A stretch of 64,000 nt of DNA from Scyliorhinus canicula (taxonomy: Eukaryota): NCBI RefSeq assembly GCF_902713615.1, contig NC_052151.1:168907050-168971049 (forward strand), written 5' to 3'. The notes below the pieces were generated by a model, which was given only the letters and a program-made list of their open reading frames with translations, had not been told where the DNA came from and did not search any database. A program made the position numbers and the translations under genes. Shown piece after piece: positions 23,596 through 36,028 of the stretch. Numbering within the stretch: position 1 is the stretch's first letter; each line of letters begins with the position of its first letter.

Positions 23596-24930
23596 TCAGG
23601 ATAGGGCATCAGGGGGTTTGTTAAGCTTCCCGGGGCGATATAAAGTCTCGGAATTGTAGGTGGAGAGCTCAATCCTCCTCCTCAAGATCTTATCATTTTT
23701 GATCTTGCCCCACTGTGTGTTGTTAAACATGAAGGCAACCATCCGTTGGTCAGTGAGGAAAGTGAATCTCCTGCCGGCCAGGAAATGCCTCCAATGTCGC
23801 ACAGTTTCTACGATGGCCTGGGCCTCCTTTTCGGAGGCATGGAGGGTGCGGGAAAAGAATGCCACGGGCCTGCCTGCCTGGTTGAGGGTGGCTGCCAGAG
23901 CGACGTCTGATGCATCGCTCTCGACTTGAAAGGGGAGCGTCACGTCGTCCGTGTGCATCGCGGCCTTGGCGATGTCGGCCTTGATACGGTTGAAGGCCTG
24001 GTGATCCTCGGCCGTCAGTGGAAAAGTGGTGGATTAAATGAGGGGGCGGGCCTTTGGGCGTAGTACAAAAAGAACCCCAGGCATCGTTTTAAGGCCTTGG
24101 GGCAGTGGGGGAGGGGGAGTTCCATGAGGGGTCGCATGCGATCGGGGTTGGGCCCTCGAACTCCGTTCTGGACCACGTAGCCGAGGATGGCTAATCGGTC
24201 TGTGCTGAACACACACTTCTCCTTGTTGTAGGTTAGGTTAAGGAGTTTGGCGGTGTGGAGGAATTTGGAAAGGTTAGCGTTGTGGTCCTGCTGTTGTGGC
24301 CGCAGGTGGTGACGTTGTCCAGGTATGGGAAAGTGGCCCACAGTCAGTACCCGTCAATCATTCGGCCCATCTCCCGTTGGAAGACTGAGACCCTGTTATG
24401 ACGCCGAAGGGAACGCTAAGGAAATAGTAAAGGCGGCCATCTGCTTCAAATGTGGTATACTGGCAGTCTGCCTTGCAAATGGGGAGCTGGTGGAAGGCAG
24501 ATTTCAGGCCCACTGTCGAGAAGACCCGGTACTGTGCAATCTGATTGACCATATCAGATATGTGTGGGAGGGGGTACGCGTCGTGCTGCGTGTACCGATT
24601 GATTGTCTGACTGTAGTCAACGACCATCCTGTTTTTCTCCCCGGTTTTTACCACGACCACTTAGGCTCTCCAGGGGCTGTTGCTGGCCTTGATAATACCT
24701 TCCCGTAGCAGCTGCTGGACTTCAGATCTGATGAAGGTCCTGTCCTGGGCACTGTACCGTCTGCTCCTGGTGGCGATGGGTTTGCAATCTGAGGTGAGGT
24801 TCACAAACAGGGAAGGTGAGTTGACCTTAAGGGTCATGAGGCCGCATACAGTAAGGAGTGGTAGGGGCCCGCCAAATTTCAAGGTTAAGCTCTGGAGGTT
24901 GCACTGGCAGTCCAGGCCGAGTAGCAAGGC
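23596..24930 (-). pseudogene. Gypsy reverse transcriptase and RNase H
   Basis: SPWRA, RMVVDYSQTINR, DAYPLP, LKSAFHQ, PFG, YLDNV; VESDASDVALAATL..RPVAFFSRTL..EKEA..TDQ. Confidence 0.92.
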
Positions 24931-24959
24931 AGTGCAGAGGTTGGGGAGGACATAGAGGC

Positions 24960-25200
24960 GGAAGCCACTGAACTCTACGCCTCAAATGGTGAGGGTGGCA
25001 GTGAAGTACCACTGAGTGGGATCCGGAAGCCAGGGAGATTCTCTGGTTGGTGGGGTGGACCGTGAGGGAGCAGCGCCTTACTGTATCGGGGTGGATGAAG
25101 CTCTTAGAGCTCCCGGAGTCTAGAAGGCAGGAATCCTTGTGCCCGTCGATCTTCACCGTCATCGATGCGGTCGCGAGGTTGTGCAGTCGTGTCAGGTCAA
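24960..25200 (-). pseudogene. Gypsy aspartic protease
   Basis: VKIDGHKDSCLLDSGSSKSFI in ORF 24827..25348. Confidence 0.88.
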
Positions 25201-25279
25201 TCGTAATGAAGGCCAGGCGTGGCTGGTCGGCGGTGGTTGCAGGAGATGAGTGGCTCGATGAGGTGTCTGACGAGCAGGG

Positions 25280-25490
25280 ATCCTGAGGCGGGGAAGATGG
25301 CGGCACCCACAGGCCGCATGTGTCCTGAGGCGGGCAAGATGGCAGCACCCACGGGCCGCATGTGTGAGGCGAGCAAGATAGCGAGTAAGATGGCGGCGCC
25401 CACGGGCCGCACGTGTTGCGAGGGGAGCATAATAGCGGCGCCCACAGGCCGCTCGTGGTCTGCGGGGAGGAAGATGGCGGCGCCTGGGGG
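25280..25490. repeat. GC-rich minisatellite (~42-51 bp units, about 5 copies) in the gag-PR linker
   Basis: Repeated AAGATGGCGGCRCCCACRGGCCGCA. Confidence 0.85.
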
Positions 25491-25492
25491 TT

Positions 25493-26135
25493 TCACATGG
25501 GGGGCGCCGGGGCAACAGCGGTGACCGAGCAGGTCTGGCACACAGCAGCAAAATGTCCTTTCTTACCGCAGGCCTTGCAGAGTGCGCTCCATGCCGGGCA
25601 GTGTTGTCGGGGGTGCTTTGACTGTCTGCAGAAGTGGAACTTGGGTCCCCCAGGGTTGTGTGGTTGCGGCGTGGCGCAGGCCTGGGGTTGGCTGGGGGCG
25701 GTCGCTGATGGGGTGCACTGTAGGGTGTTCACTGGCGGGGTGCACGATGTCCAGGAGGGTTGGGCGGCGCGGACGGGGGCATGCGCTTGAATATTGCACG
25801 AGGCAACTGTGAGCGAGAGCGCTAGTTTCTTGGTTGCCGCGAGGTCGAGGGTAACCCCTTCTAAGAGTCGCTGGCAGATGTAGGCCGACTCTATGCCTGT
25901 AACGAAGGCGTCTCTAAGTAGCAAGTCCGAATGTTCAGAGGCCGAGACGACCTGGCAATCGCAGTCTCTCACTAGGAGTTGCAGGGCACGCCAGAAATCC
26001 TCCACAGACTAACCGGGGAGTTGATGCCGCATGGCGCGGAGGTACCTGGGGTAGACCTTGTTGGTCTGCTGCGTGCAGTTCTTCAGTTTTGCCATGGCCT
26101 CAGCGTATGTCGGCGCATCCGGATGAGGGGGAAGA
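25493..26135 (-). pseudogene. gag: Gypsy gag with zinc knuckles
   Basis: LLRDAFVTGI..ICQRLLE; CPAWSALCKACGKKGHFAAVC. Confidence 0.9.
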
Positions 26136-26164
26136 AGCATTTTCAAGTTTAAGTCCACTGTTAT

Positions 26165-26550
26165 CCAGCTCTGATAAAGAGTCATCCAGACTCAAAACAT
26201 TAGCTTCCGCCTCTCTCCACCGATGCTGTCAGATTTGCTGAGATTGTACAGTACTTTGTAATTTTATCCCACTCTAAGCCATTTCCTGCCATGCAGGAAG
26301 ACTACTCAAGATAGTTAGCCCTGTTCCTGAGACCACCCTCTGCACACCCAATGTGGCCTCAGGACCTTCCACATCACCCATCTTTTCTCTTCCAGTGTCC
26401 TCGAGCTGTCCCTCCGGGAAAAGGGAGATGGGAAAGGGCTGAATTGTGGCTGCGTTTCTCCCTCCACAGATGCTGCCAGGCTTGCTGAGCTTAACGAACA
26501 TTTTCTGCTTTTATTTCAGATTTCCAGCATCTGCAGTATTTTGATTTTAT
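26165..26550 (+). mobile_element. Penelope-like terminal repeat remnants (two pieces)
   Basis: CTGATAAAGAGTCATCCAGACTCAAAAC..CTCTCCACCGATGCTG..TGCTGAG, with a second CTCCACAGATGCTGCCAG..TGCTGAG; a related piece lies on minus at 46612-46715. Confidence 0.55.
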
Positions 26551-27589
26551 TGCTGTCTGCATTTTGTTGGTACCACAGATATGGTATGAAATGTTCTCTT
26601 TGACCAAAATTTTTAGTTTTCTTCATTTTTTAAAAATTTGGCAAAAGGAAGAGGCCTTGTGGCACAGTGGGACCACCCCTAATACTGGACCTGAAGCTCT
26701 GGGTTAGAGTCCAAAGTGAGGATTTGTAGGAGTTGACGGAAGGAGCGTTCGTAACCTGGTTCGAAGGGCTGATCATCAACACGGTCATCCTTCCCTCACT
26801 ATTTCCTACAGGGAAAAGAAAGCGTGGGTGTGAAGATACGCTGATACAAAATTGGTGAAGAATATTGAACACAAAACAAATTCCTCTGTCATGTGTAATT
26901 ACTTATTTCCAGTCAAATCTGTCCATTGTTTTGCAATCATGCAATGTGAGTTCAATCACCTTAATACTGTAAATATATTTAGAATAAAATGCACTTTCTC
27001 AATATAGGTGTATCATGATCTGACCACCCACTATGAGCAGGAGCAGAATACCAATCTCAGTGTAGGATGTATTCATCCCATTGAACACTCGCTGATCTAA
27101 CTGTCTCACCGAGTGCTGGGATCAGGAGAAGGCCCGTATCAGTATATTCCCAAACTAACAGATTTAAATTTGTTCAAATTTATATTTCCAGTGAGTCACA
27201 AAAGATATTTAGATGAACATTGTAACCAATTATTAAAATATATTCAATTTCAAAGCACTGATGGAATCTGGGGATTAAGTGGAAGCGATCCGGCATTGAA
27301 TAAATTATAGGAATGAAAGATCATTGAATAATAATAAAGATTTATTAGGTTTGACATGTTGATACTCATTTGACAGCAACAATATGAAGTGTAACACAGG
27401 GGAAGATTTTATGCTGAGGTTCCCAGCCTGCTGTATTGTTGTTCTCAACAATACGACAGGGAGGATATACTGAGCAAAGTCCCAAATGGTTTCCTGTCTG
27501 TGGTGAGTGAGTCACTGGATCACAGCCACATTGACAGCTTTTTCAAATGACTGAAAGGTCGTGGGGAGTACCTCTTGAGGTGGTGGCAA

Positions 27590-28460
27590 ATTACAGGACT
27601 GTGCTCGCACCTTTTGAGCTGTGAAGAAGGAATTTGCTGACTCTCCTCTTAAATGCAGTCCTTTCTGAAACATGGAGCACTCATAGGTCTCATTCACCTG
27701 TTTCTTCCAGTGTATACCGAACTTTTGAAGCCCCATGCTGTTTTTATTTTTATCCTCATCTGCACTGAACTCAAATGAATTAAAGAGCTCCAATGCTTAC
27801 GGTTCAGCCAAATTTAGTCGGAGTGCTATTTTTCATTGGTCTAATGCATTTTCAAGCGCGGAGGCAGAAATAAAAACTTCAAACTGTTGCTTAAAGAAAG
27901 CCCAGTTCTGACATAGTTTACAGTGTGTCTTGAAATGGTCAGGCTTCTTGAGACCTTCCATTATCAGATCAGTCTTTACCATAGATTTTTCCTGAGTTGT
28001 AGCTTCTGGATTGCTTCTTCAATCTCCAATGCTATTCTTTCCTAATCTAACTGTTGTTTCTTACAAGAAATAGACTACTGGTACCACATTGTGTTCTTTG
28101 TGGTGTTTATTTCAGGATAGTTGGTGTAGTGTTCGCAGAGACAAAAAAAAACTTTAACTTAATCAAAGTTATGATTTTATTTTGCGCTACTAACTTGGAT
28201 TCAACTCCTTAAGAATACACAATTGATCAATAACAGCTATGTACACTCATCTACTATAAATCTCACTACTGCTTTAAACTATGATCTAACTTTACTTGCA
28301 CTATCTGCTCTTCTGAACTTAATTTGCTAACTCCTACATACACAACCTCCCCTGACGTCTAGCACCACTGCCTTATATAGTTGTAACTGTAGCTCCATCT
28401 AGTGGCCACTCTCGACACTACATTAACCCTTGCAATGCTGATAGTTATGATGATACGACA
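27590..28460 (-). mobile_element. Truncated Gypsy element: 5' LTR (28087-28460), PBS (28074-28086), gag N-terminus (27590-27961)
   Basis: Minus strand MEGLKKP..NWAFFKQQF..KIAL..ALELFNSF..NETYE..GES..AQSCN; PBS TGGTACCAGTAGT. Confidence 0.85.
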
Positions 28461-28969
28461 TTATCCTGTCTTGTTCAATTCAAAATTGAATCGTACCTGC
28501 TTTCCACCCAGTATTTTTCATGTCCTGTTCCCTGGCATAATTTCTGGAACTCACACCAAGCAGCTTTCCATTTTGCTGATGTTTGCATTCAAAACCAGGG
28601 AAAATTACTTCATGTTGTTTTCTGCCCAATTTGAGTCCTTCCATCTCATTTGTGCTGTTCTTCTCTTGGCTTGCAAAAGACAACTGTGCCGGGTCCTGGG
28701 GAGAAGGTAGGAGAGAATTTGCAGAGCCAAACATCAACATTGTTAGCAACAGCTTTCGGAGCGTGAGGTCTTGCCCATCACCTTGCCATTTTTCTGCCTA
28801 CCATTTGACACAATGGATTTATATTGAGAATTCTTTTTTAGCTTTTATTTTGTTTCGGGAGAAGAAAAGGAGCTGTCGATGCTTGGCTTGGCACAAAGTG
28901 CTTGCGAAACACAAGGCCTCCTTGCTGAAACAGAGAACGAAAGAAAAGATTGGGTAAATGTTTGATTTG

Positions 28970-29464
28970 AAGCGGTTCATGCCGCTCCATCTGCCAACTC
29001 CGGCGTCAACTGGGCGCTGCGGTATCCGCACATGCGCAGTGGCACCGGTGTCAACACGCACATGCGCAGTGGGACCAGTGCCAACGCGCGCATGCGCAGT
29101 GGCTTCCTTCAACGCGCCAGCCCCAATGCAACATGGCGCAGGACAACAGGGGCCGGCATGGAGGAAAGGAGGCTGCCAGCCAGAGAGGCCGGCTCACCGA
29201 TCGGTGGGCCCAGATTGCGTGTGTCGACGGCACCGGCGGGACTCAGTGTTTTTAACGATGGCAGCTCGGCCCATCCCGGGCTGAGAATCGGCTGGGGGGT
29301 GCGTAGAGCGGCCCTGACTGGCACCGTGCCAGCCGTGCCGGTGCCAATGGCGCCGATTCTCCGCTCTGAAAGTCAGAGATCGGCAAATCGCGTTGGGTCG
29401 ACGTGGCACGATTCGAGCTGATCGCAGGGATTCTACGGCCCAGCCCGGCTGAGAGAATCCCGCC
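28970..29464. mobile_element. GC-rich Harbinger MITE, one end truncated
   Basis: Ends GAGAATCCCGCC; internal CACATGCGCAGTGG repeats; related to 59400-60030. Confidence 0.8.
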
Positions 29465-29511
29465 TGTGGTGCCATCGGAGCTGAAACATGAAAGCAGAGG
29501 AAAGAAACCAG

Positions 29512-30203
29512 GGACGAAATTCTCCGACCCCCAGCAGAGTCGGAGAATCGCCCAGGGCCACCTAAAATCCCGCCCCCAGCATGTCCAGAATTCTCCCACC
29601 CGCAAAAAGTCGGCGTTCCGCCAATCCCGCCGCCCGCCTCGGAGAATGGCGAGGGCCGGTGGGAGGTTATGGGTTTCTATGCTGCCATTATTCACCGGCC
29701 CGCGATGGGCCGAAGTCCCGCCGCTGGGAGTCCTCTCCCGCCGCCGAGGTTTGAACCACCTCTGGTGGCGGCGGAATCGGCGGCGCGAGCGGGCCCCCAG
29801 GGTCCTGGGGGGGTGCAAGAAGATCAGACCCCGGGGGGGTGCCCCCACGGTGGCCAGGCCCGCGATCGGGGCCCACCGATCGGCGGGCGGGCCAGTGCCG
29901 TGGGGGCACTCTTTCTCTTCTGCCGCCGCCACGGCCTCCACCATGGAGGAAGCGGAAGTTGAATCCCCCAGCGCGCATGCACGAACCGGCGAACGCCTTT
30001 AAGCCAGCCCGGGCGGCGGGCGTCAAAGGCCGTTGGTGCCGGTTTTGGCGCCAGTCGGCGTGGTGCCAACCGCTCCGGCGCGGGCCTAGCCCCCAAAGGT
30101 GCGGAGAATTCCGCACCTTTGGGGAGGCCCGACGCCGGAGTGGTTGGCGCCACTCCGCTACGCCGCGACCCCCCGCCCCGCCAGGTAGGGGAGAATCCCG
30201 CCC
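29512..30203. mobile_element. GC-rich Harbinger MITE, complete, TSD CAG
   Basis: TIRs GGACGAAATTCTCC / GGAGAATCCCGCCC; CAG at 29509-29511 and 30204-30206. Confidence 0.9.
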
Positions 30204-31413
30204 CAGACCTCTGGAGAGCTTTGGGATTTAGATTTGGAGGAGCATTTGAGAAAGTGCAATGAAATGGCAAGAAACGTGATGAGTCACTGTTGGAACAGAT
30301 ACAAGAATAGTGATTGATACCACCAGATAAAGGAAAAACAGCTTTGGGTATGTGCTGAGAGAGAATGAGATGCTGAAAGAGGTGTGAGGACAGATGTAAG
30401 CAAGGAAACCAATAGAGAAGAGGAAGAACAGGAAATGTATCTGGTGAATTAAGGAGAGAAGCATAAGACTGGTTTGAAGATGGGAGAATTAAATGAGAAT
30501 TTGCTTCAGCCCAACCAGTGAGTATGATGCACAGTCTCGTATTTGTAAAAGAAGCAGTCACTGATTAATGCAAAATATTTGCAAATTAACTCAGTAATTC
30601 ACATTATCACAGGTACAAATGTGCTCAGCGAGTACAAGAGTTGTTTGTCAGAGCACGTAATTTCATCTCCTTCCCCATTTACAACCTGTAGCAACATGAC
30701 TGGTGCAAATCTATAGAGTCGTAGCAGTAATGATAGTGCAGACTTTGCAGATTGCAACAAGATGTTCCCTTGATCACTGCTGTGATCTAATGATTCATCC
30801 AACAGCATTATTCACAATATGTGAGTCAATACTCGCTTCCCTAGGAACAGCCATGATGCTATTAAATGCAAACAATTAACTTTGCCAGCACCGTTTGAAC
30901 TTGAGTGACAGATTAGTGTGGTTCCCGAGGGACAAAGGCTATCCTCTGCAACCATGGCCCTAGATCCCATGTGTGCTAATATACATGTTCTGAGCACTCA
31001 TCGCTGTCCACATCTGCTAACGAGAAAGCAGTATGTCAGTTTCTGTATTGTGTTTTAGCAGTAGCTAACGGGTCAGAGCTGAGGCAACTCTTGGAAGATC
31101 TTTCCCTCTGAGAACACTGTTTTATATGGGGGAACCACATCTGGGGCAAGTGGATATTTTGCCCCAAATTAAGCCACGTTGTTTGCAACATTTTCGACCA
31201 GGGCCCATTGGCCTTGGTATTAACTACCACAATGGGTGGGAGAGCACAGAGAGTGACACAATAGGTTAAATACAGGGAAACCATTGTGCATGTGACCAGT
31301 GGCCTATTGCCGTGCAGAATATTAGAGCATTCAAATGTCCTGCTGTGGAGAGGCAGGACACTTTGTGAGGGGGGAGGGCAAATAAATATGTTAACATTAT
31401 ACCTGGAGGCCAA

Positions 31414-31602
31414 GGGGCTGTTTAGCACAGGGCTAATTCGCTGGCTTTGAAAGCAGACCAAGCAGGCCAGCAGCACGGTTCGATTCCCGTAACAGCCTCC
31501 CCGAACAGGCGCCGGAATGTGGCGACTAGGGGCTTTTCACAGTAACTTCATTTGAAGCCTACTCGTGACAATAAACACTTTTCATTTTCATTTCATTTCA
31601 TT
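31414..31602 (+). mobile_element. Short tRNA-derived SINE without V-domain, with shared LINE-like tail and (TTTCA)n end
   Basis: B-box GGTTCGATTCC; tail CCCCGAACAGGCGCCGGAATGTGGCGACTAGGGG; second copy at 40505-40686. Confidence 0.85.
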
Positions 31603-31972
31603 TTTAAAAGTTGCTGCTGCTGTTTGGGCTTCCAGGCGTCTGCAAATCCAGCAGTGAAAGGGAAAGTAAGAGCTACCAACTCCACAAAGTATGAGCTTGT
31701 TTCGGAAGACATTACAGGAAGAAAAGTGCTCCCCGACCCAACATGGAAGCTGACAGTCTGCCCCAACCCTGATCGGCAGCCTCCTCACAACCCTCAGCGC
31801 TCCTGCTTGTGGCCTCACTCCCACTCTCTATCCAATTACAGGTACTTTACTCCTTCCAAACATGGCCACTCCCTCTTCCCAACCCTAGTCTCTCTCTATC
31901 TCCCCTTGCTGATCGCGGGCTCAGTGACCTCTTCCAATCGCAGACTCATTTGTCCATTCCTATCCCAATCAC

Positions 31973-32433
31973 TGTTGTGTTATGTTTCTTCATGTAGCAT
32001 AAGCTGCATGTATACTCTGACAAAGGAAGGTTCAGACTTGAAGATAGGGTTAACACATTTATTGAACAATTAACAATTCTCCTACTTGAGTTCGACTCTC
32101 CTGCTGATCTTGCTCCAGTAACTCAATCTAACTAACCAGTCTGCTCTAATCCATGCTGTGGGTGTGATGCTTCTGATCTGCCCCGGTCTCTCTGAGTGTT
32201 GCCTATGGAAAGAGAAAGAGCATGTGTGCCCTGTCCTTTTATATGGATAGCCCCCTTGTGGTAGTATCACCTCTGGGTGTGTCTTGACTGCCCATTGGTC
32301 ATGTCCTATCTTACTGACCTATTGGTTGAATGTCTGTGTGTCATGATGTCCCTGGTGCTCCCTCTGGTGTTTATTTAGTTCTAGTGTATTTACATTAGCC
32401 CCTTGTATATTTGCAATAATGCATATCACCACA
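31973..32433 (-). repeat. Solo LTR
   Basis: TG...CA ends; flanks ATCAC/CTCAC; TATAAAA and AATAAA on minus; minus strand starts TGTGGTGATATGCAT. Confidence 0.85.
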
Positions 32434-33027
32434 CTCACAACTTCTGAACACAACTCCCACCCCTCGATTGGCATGAAATGACCCTAAGATACACTTTGGC
32501 AACTCCTTGACTCAACCAAAGGCCAGGTAGGTATGTTCATGGCCAACCTGCACTGCCTCTGTGTAAATACCAGGACCAATGTCTCTGGGTTGAACGCATG
32601 GCTTTTCTTTGGACTCCTGCTAAACATGGTGGTAAATGTACTGGAGAGTCTATGGGTATTTGGCACTGTGTGCTTTTTATATGTTACTACCTCTGACAGC
32701 TTGTTGTTAAATTAATATTAACAGCTTTGCCTCATTCAATATCCAATGCAAGAAAGCATTAAATAAAGAGAAAAGAAAAAATAAATCAGTACTGGAGATT
32801 AATGAAAACACCAGCCTAGGTAATCCATAATTATTTAAACGGTTGCATTCACCATCTATATTTATTAAAGTTTTGAAGAGTGCAACAACCAGGTGGGAAC
32901 ACTCCTTGAAACCTAATACACAGAAAATCCTCTGAAATGTCATCATTAGCATTGTTATAGCATCTGTTCTCTATGATGAACATTTCCCATTACTCTGGAA
33001 ACTGCCTGTGACATGTTTGAAGAGATC

Positions 33028-33870
33028 ATGGGTGTAATTTAATGCCCTTTCGTGTATTTACTGGTGCTGGGGCCATTTAACTGTATTGGGGGTGGGTGGG
33101 TGGAGGATACCTGTTGCCTTCCTGCTTCGCCCCCTGTGGTGGGAAGGCCTGTGGATGTCCTTCCTGCCCTACTCCCAATTGAGGCCACTAGGTTAATGCC
33201 AACCCCACTGCCACTGGTGTTAACGTGGGGGATACCCCAAGTGGGGAGCCTGACACGCTTGCAGACGTCCGGGAAGAGTCCCTCTTTCAGTGGTACTCAG
33301 TGACTGATTGAAGGACCCAACATCAGGAACGGGAAGGCCACAGAGGACTCTGCCTTTGCCGCTGAAGCTTCTCCTCTCCCTCTTCTCTGAGCTCTACCCC
33401 ACCACCCCTTCCCCCATCATTCAGCTCAACCTGGAATCCAGCAACAGTCCTAGCTCTTGAGTGGATGTCGTACCTACAGCAGCAAGTTGCTTTGACTTGG
33501 CTATTCCAGTGGATTCCTGGTCGCTCTCCAACCGTTCCATCTGACATGAACATGAGCTCATCCAAAACCCTTCCTTCCATATCCTAGCTTGCACCAGTGT
33601 GATTTGGATTACGCCCTCAATACACTCATTTAAATATGCGTGGCCACCTTGATGCCACATTCACCCGGCATCCGGGAGTCACCAGCGAGGCTTCAACTGG
33701 GCCGTCAATTAGTACTGTTCTCCACAAGTGGACACCAAGCGTGATGGCCACTCTGGGCTCCGGAGGCCATTGGAGCCCTCGGAGGGGGGAGGGGGGGGGG
33801 GGGTTGGCAGGATATAACACTGGCATTCCCCCTGCCAGTGCCAACTTGACACCCTGGTAGTGCTACATTG
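33028..33870. mobile_element. Old Harbinger-type non-autonomous fragments
   Basis: GGGTGTAATTTAAT TIR-like start; internal blocks resemble 40370-41440 and 58725-59010. Confidence 0.45.
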
Positions 33871-34736
33871 GTACTGCATACTCAAGTGAACAGTTAGGCT
33901 TATTTGAATATGTCTGCACTGGAGTCACTCAATGCTGCTGGCACCCCAAACTACATGGCAGCTGGAGAAATTCAGGTCCAACAGAATTAGTTCAAATACG
34001 GATTTCTAATGTGACTCAAAATGGAAGTTTATCATTGTGAGCAAGTGACAGTCACAATAATCAGATAATGTCATAAGGCTAGACAGGATGTGGTGATATC
34101 AGCTGCAAGAGATATTTAGGAACTTAAATACCCTGCTTGGAGAAAATTGCAATGTTGGAGCTGACCTTTCCAACAAACTCCCAAAATCACGCATGATAAA
34201 AACACCCGTTACAGTGACAAAACACATCACATTTTTTTTCACAGGCCAAAGATATGCCATTCTTGTCTCTTTCCTTCAACTTTCTCTATTCTTGTCAAAC
34301 TTCTTGTGGATTATTTAATATAATGAGTGTTGCCTTCTGCAATGGGCTTGGGAGAAAAAAGTCTGCTGTTTTCTTACATAATTTTCATGGAATTACTTCT
34401 GCTAATGTGCTTCGGGAGCAAAAGCTGTCAATCCCTTACAGAGCATTCTCTAAATGCGAGTAGGTGAGAGAGAAGCAAGTCTGGGCTTGATTTTCTGGGA
34501 TATGATGTTGCTTCAGCAAGTTGTATTGAATAAAATGAAGTGCTTACTTCTCTTATTGCAATCTGTGCAACACAGAAAGGTAGATTAACTCATTAAGAAG
34601 GCATTTTGAAAGAGGGAACATAAATCGGTTCAACCAATAACTTGATGGAACAGAAAATATTGAGAGATATATGATGAGAAGTGCAGTTGGTGTGGTTGAT
34701 CAATAAAAAAAAAGTTGTCAGCCCTAATGATCTTTT

Positions 34737-35022
34737 AATATTAATAGTAATCTTTATTATTGTCACAAGTAGGTTTACATGAGCACTGCAATAAAGTTAC
34801 TGCGAAAAGCCCCTCGTCGCCACACTCTGGCGCCTGGTAGAGTACATAGAGGGAGAATTCAGAATGTCCAATCCACCTAACAAGTACGTCTTTAGGGACT
34901 TGCGGAAGGAAACCGGGAGCACCCAGAGGAAATCCATGCAGACGCGGGGAGAACGTGCACATTCCGCACAGACAGTGATCCAAGCAGGAATTGAACCTGG
35001 GACCCTGGCGCTGTGAGGCTAA
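34737..35022 (-). mobile_element. V-SINE with (TTA)n-ending LINE-like tail
   Basis: Reverse complement of SINE head/V-domain plus AACAGGCGCC-type tail. Confidence 0.88.
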
Positions 35023-36028
35023 CGTACCTTTCTGAAGAATTTTTATATGCTTTGGCTGACGAACCATTATTTTTTTGAGTCTGTTCTTCTGTGATTACTT
35101 TCTTTTTAAAAATGCTGAATAACTTCAGCATGCAAACAGAATAAACTTACTGAATCCCTGCAGACAAAAGTAGATTATTTATTTAAAATAGTTGAACCTG
35201 CATAAATGGAAATGTTTAGAATTGTTTGACATAGCATCAACTGATTCAAAACTCTCAAGAAATGTTTTTCTTTAAAATTCAACTCAAGATAAACATGGGG
35301 GCGAAAGGTTACTGGGGGTACGGGAGATAACGATCAGATCAGCCATGATCTTACTGAATGGCAGGGTACGCTCCTCATATTTCTTCTACTTCACAAAACT
35401 AAATTGATGTCTTCCGTTACCAACCATAGGTTTAACTTATTAAAATATTCTTTCATGGAAAGTGCGTGTTGCTAGCTGGGCCAGAATTTATCGCTTATCC
35501 TCTCTTGAACTGAGTGACTTGCTGGACCACTTCAACAGGGGCATTCAAGAGTCACCCACATTGCTGTGGATCTGGAGTTACATACAGGACACACCAAGTA
35601 AGGATGGTAAATTTCTCTCCCTAAGGAGCATTAGTGAAGTGGATGTTTTTTTCACGTCAATCAATAATGGTTTTATGTTCATCATTAGACTTTTAACCCC
35701 AGATATTTTTGAATGCATTTGAAAGCTGAAGTGGTGGGATTCGAACCCAGGTATTGCCCAGGGTCTCTGGATTACCATTGTGCCACCATCTGACTTCTGA
35801 CAATACAGTCACCCCTTCACTACAGCACGGGAGTCCTGATATATGAGAGACGCGTTTGGCGCAGAGTGGATTAGTCATAGATGGGAAACTGGACAGAATA
35901 GGTTTGCCAAATATACTTCCGTTAGAAACTATGGGATATCCTTCAATGTTCTTTTCTTGAGATTTCCTGCCCAACCATTAACCTGATTGACAGGCTAGGT
36001 CAAGAACTCTCCCAGGAACTCCAGCACA

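Larger units (their letters stand above)
22184..26135 (-). mobile_element. Gypsy LTR retrotransposon, 5'-truncated in gag, with 3' LTR
   Basis: Domain order gag-PR-RT-RH-IN on minus; PPT-like tract at 22440-22458; LTR begins TGTGGTAATC at 22439. Outer LTR end is approximate. Confidence 0.93.

Noticed and set aside
29252-30561. Long overlapping ORFs (199-245 aa) on both strands
   Set aside because: They lie in GC-rich MITEs with few stop codons and show no domain similarity. The same applies to 52155-52826, 59307-59855 and 61253-61842.
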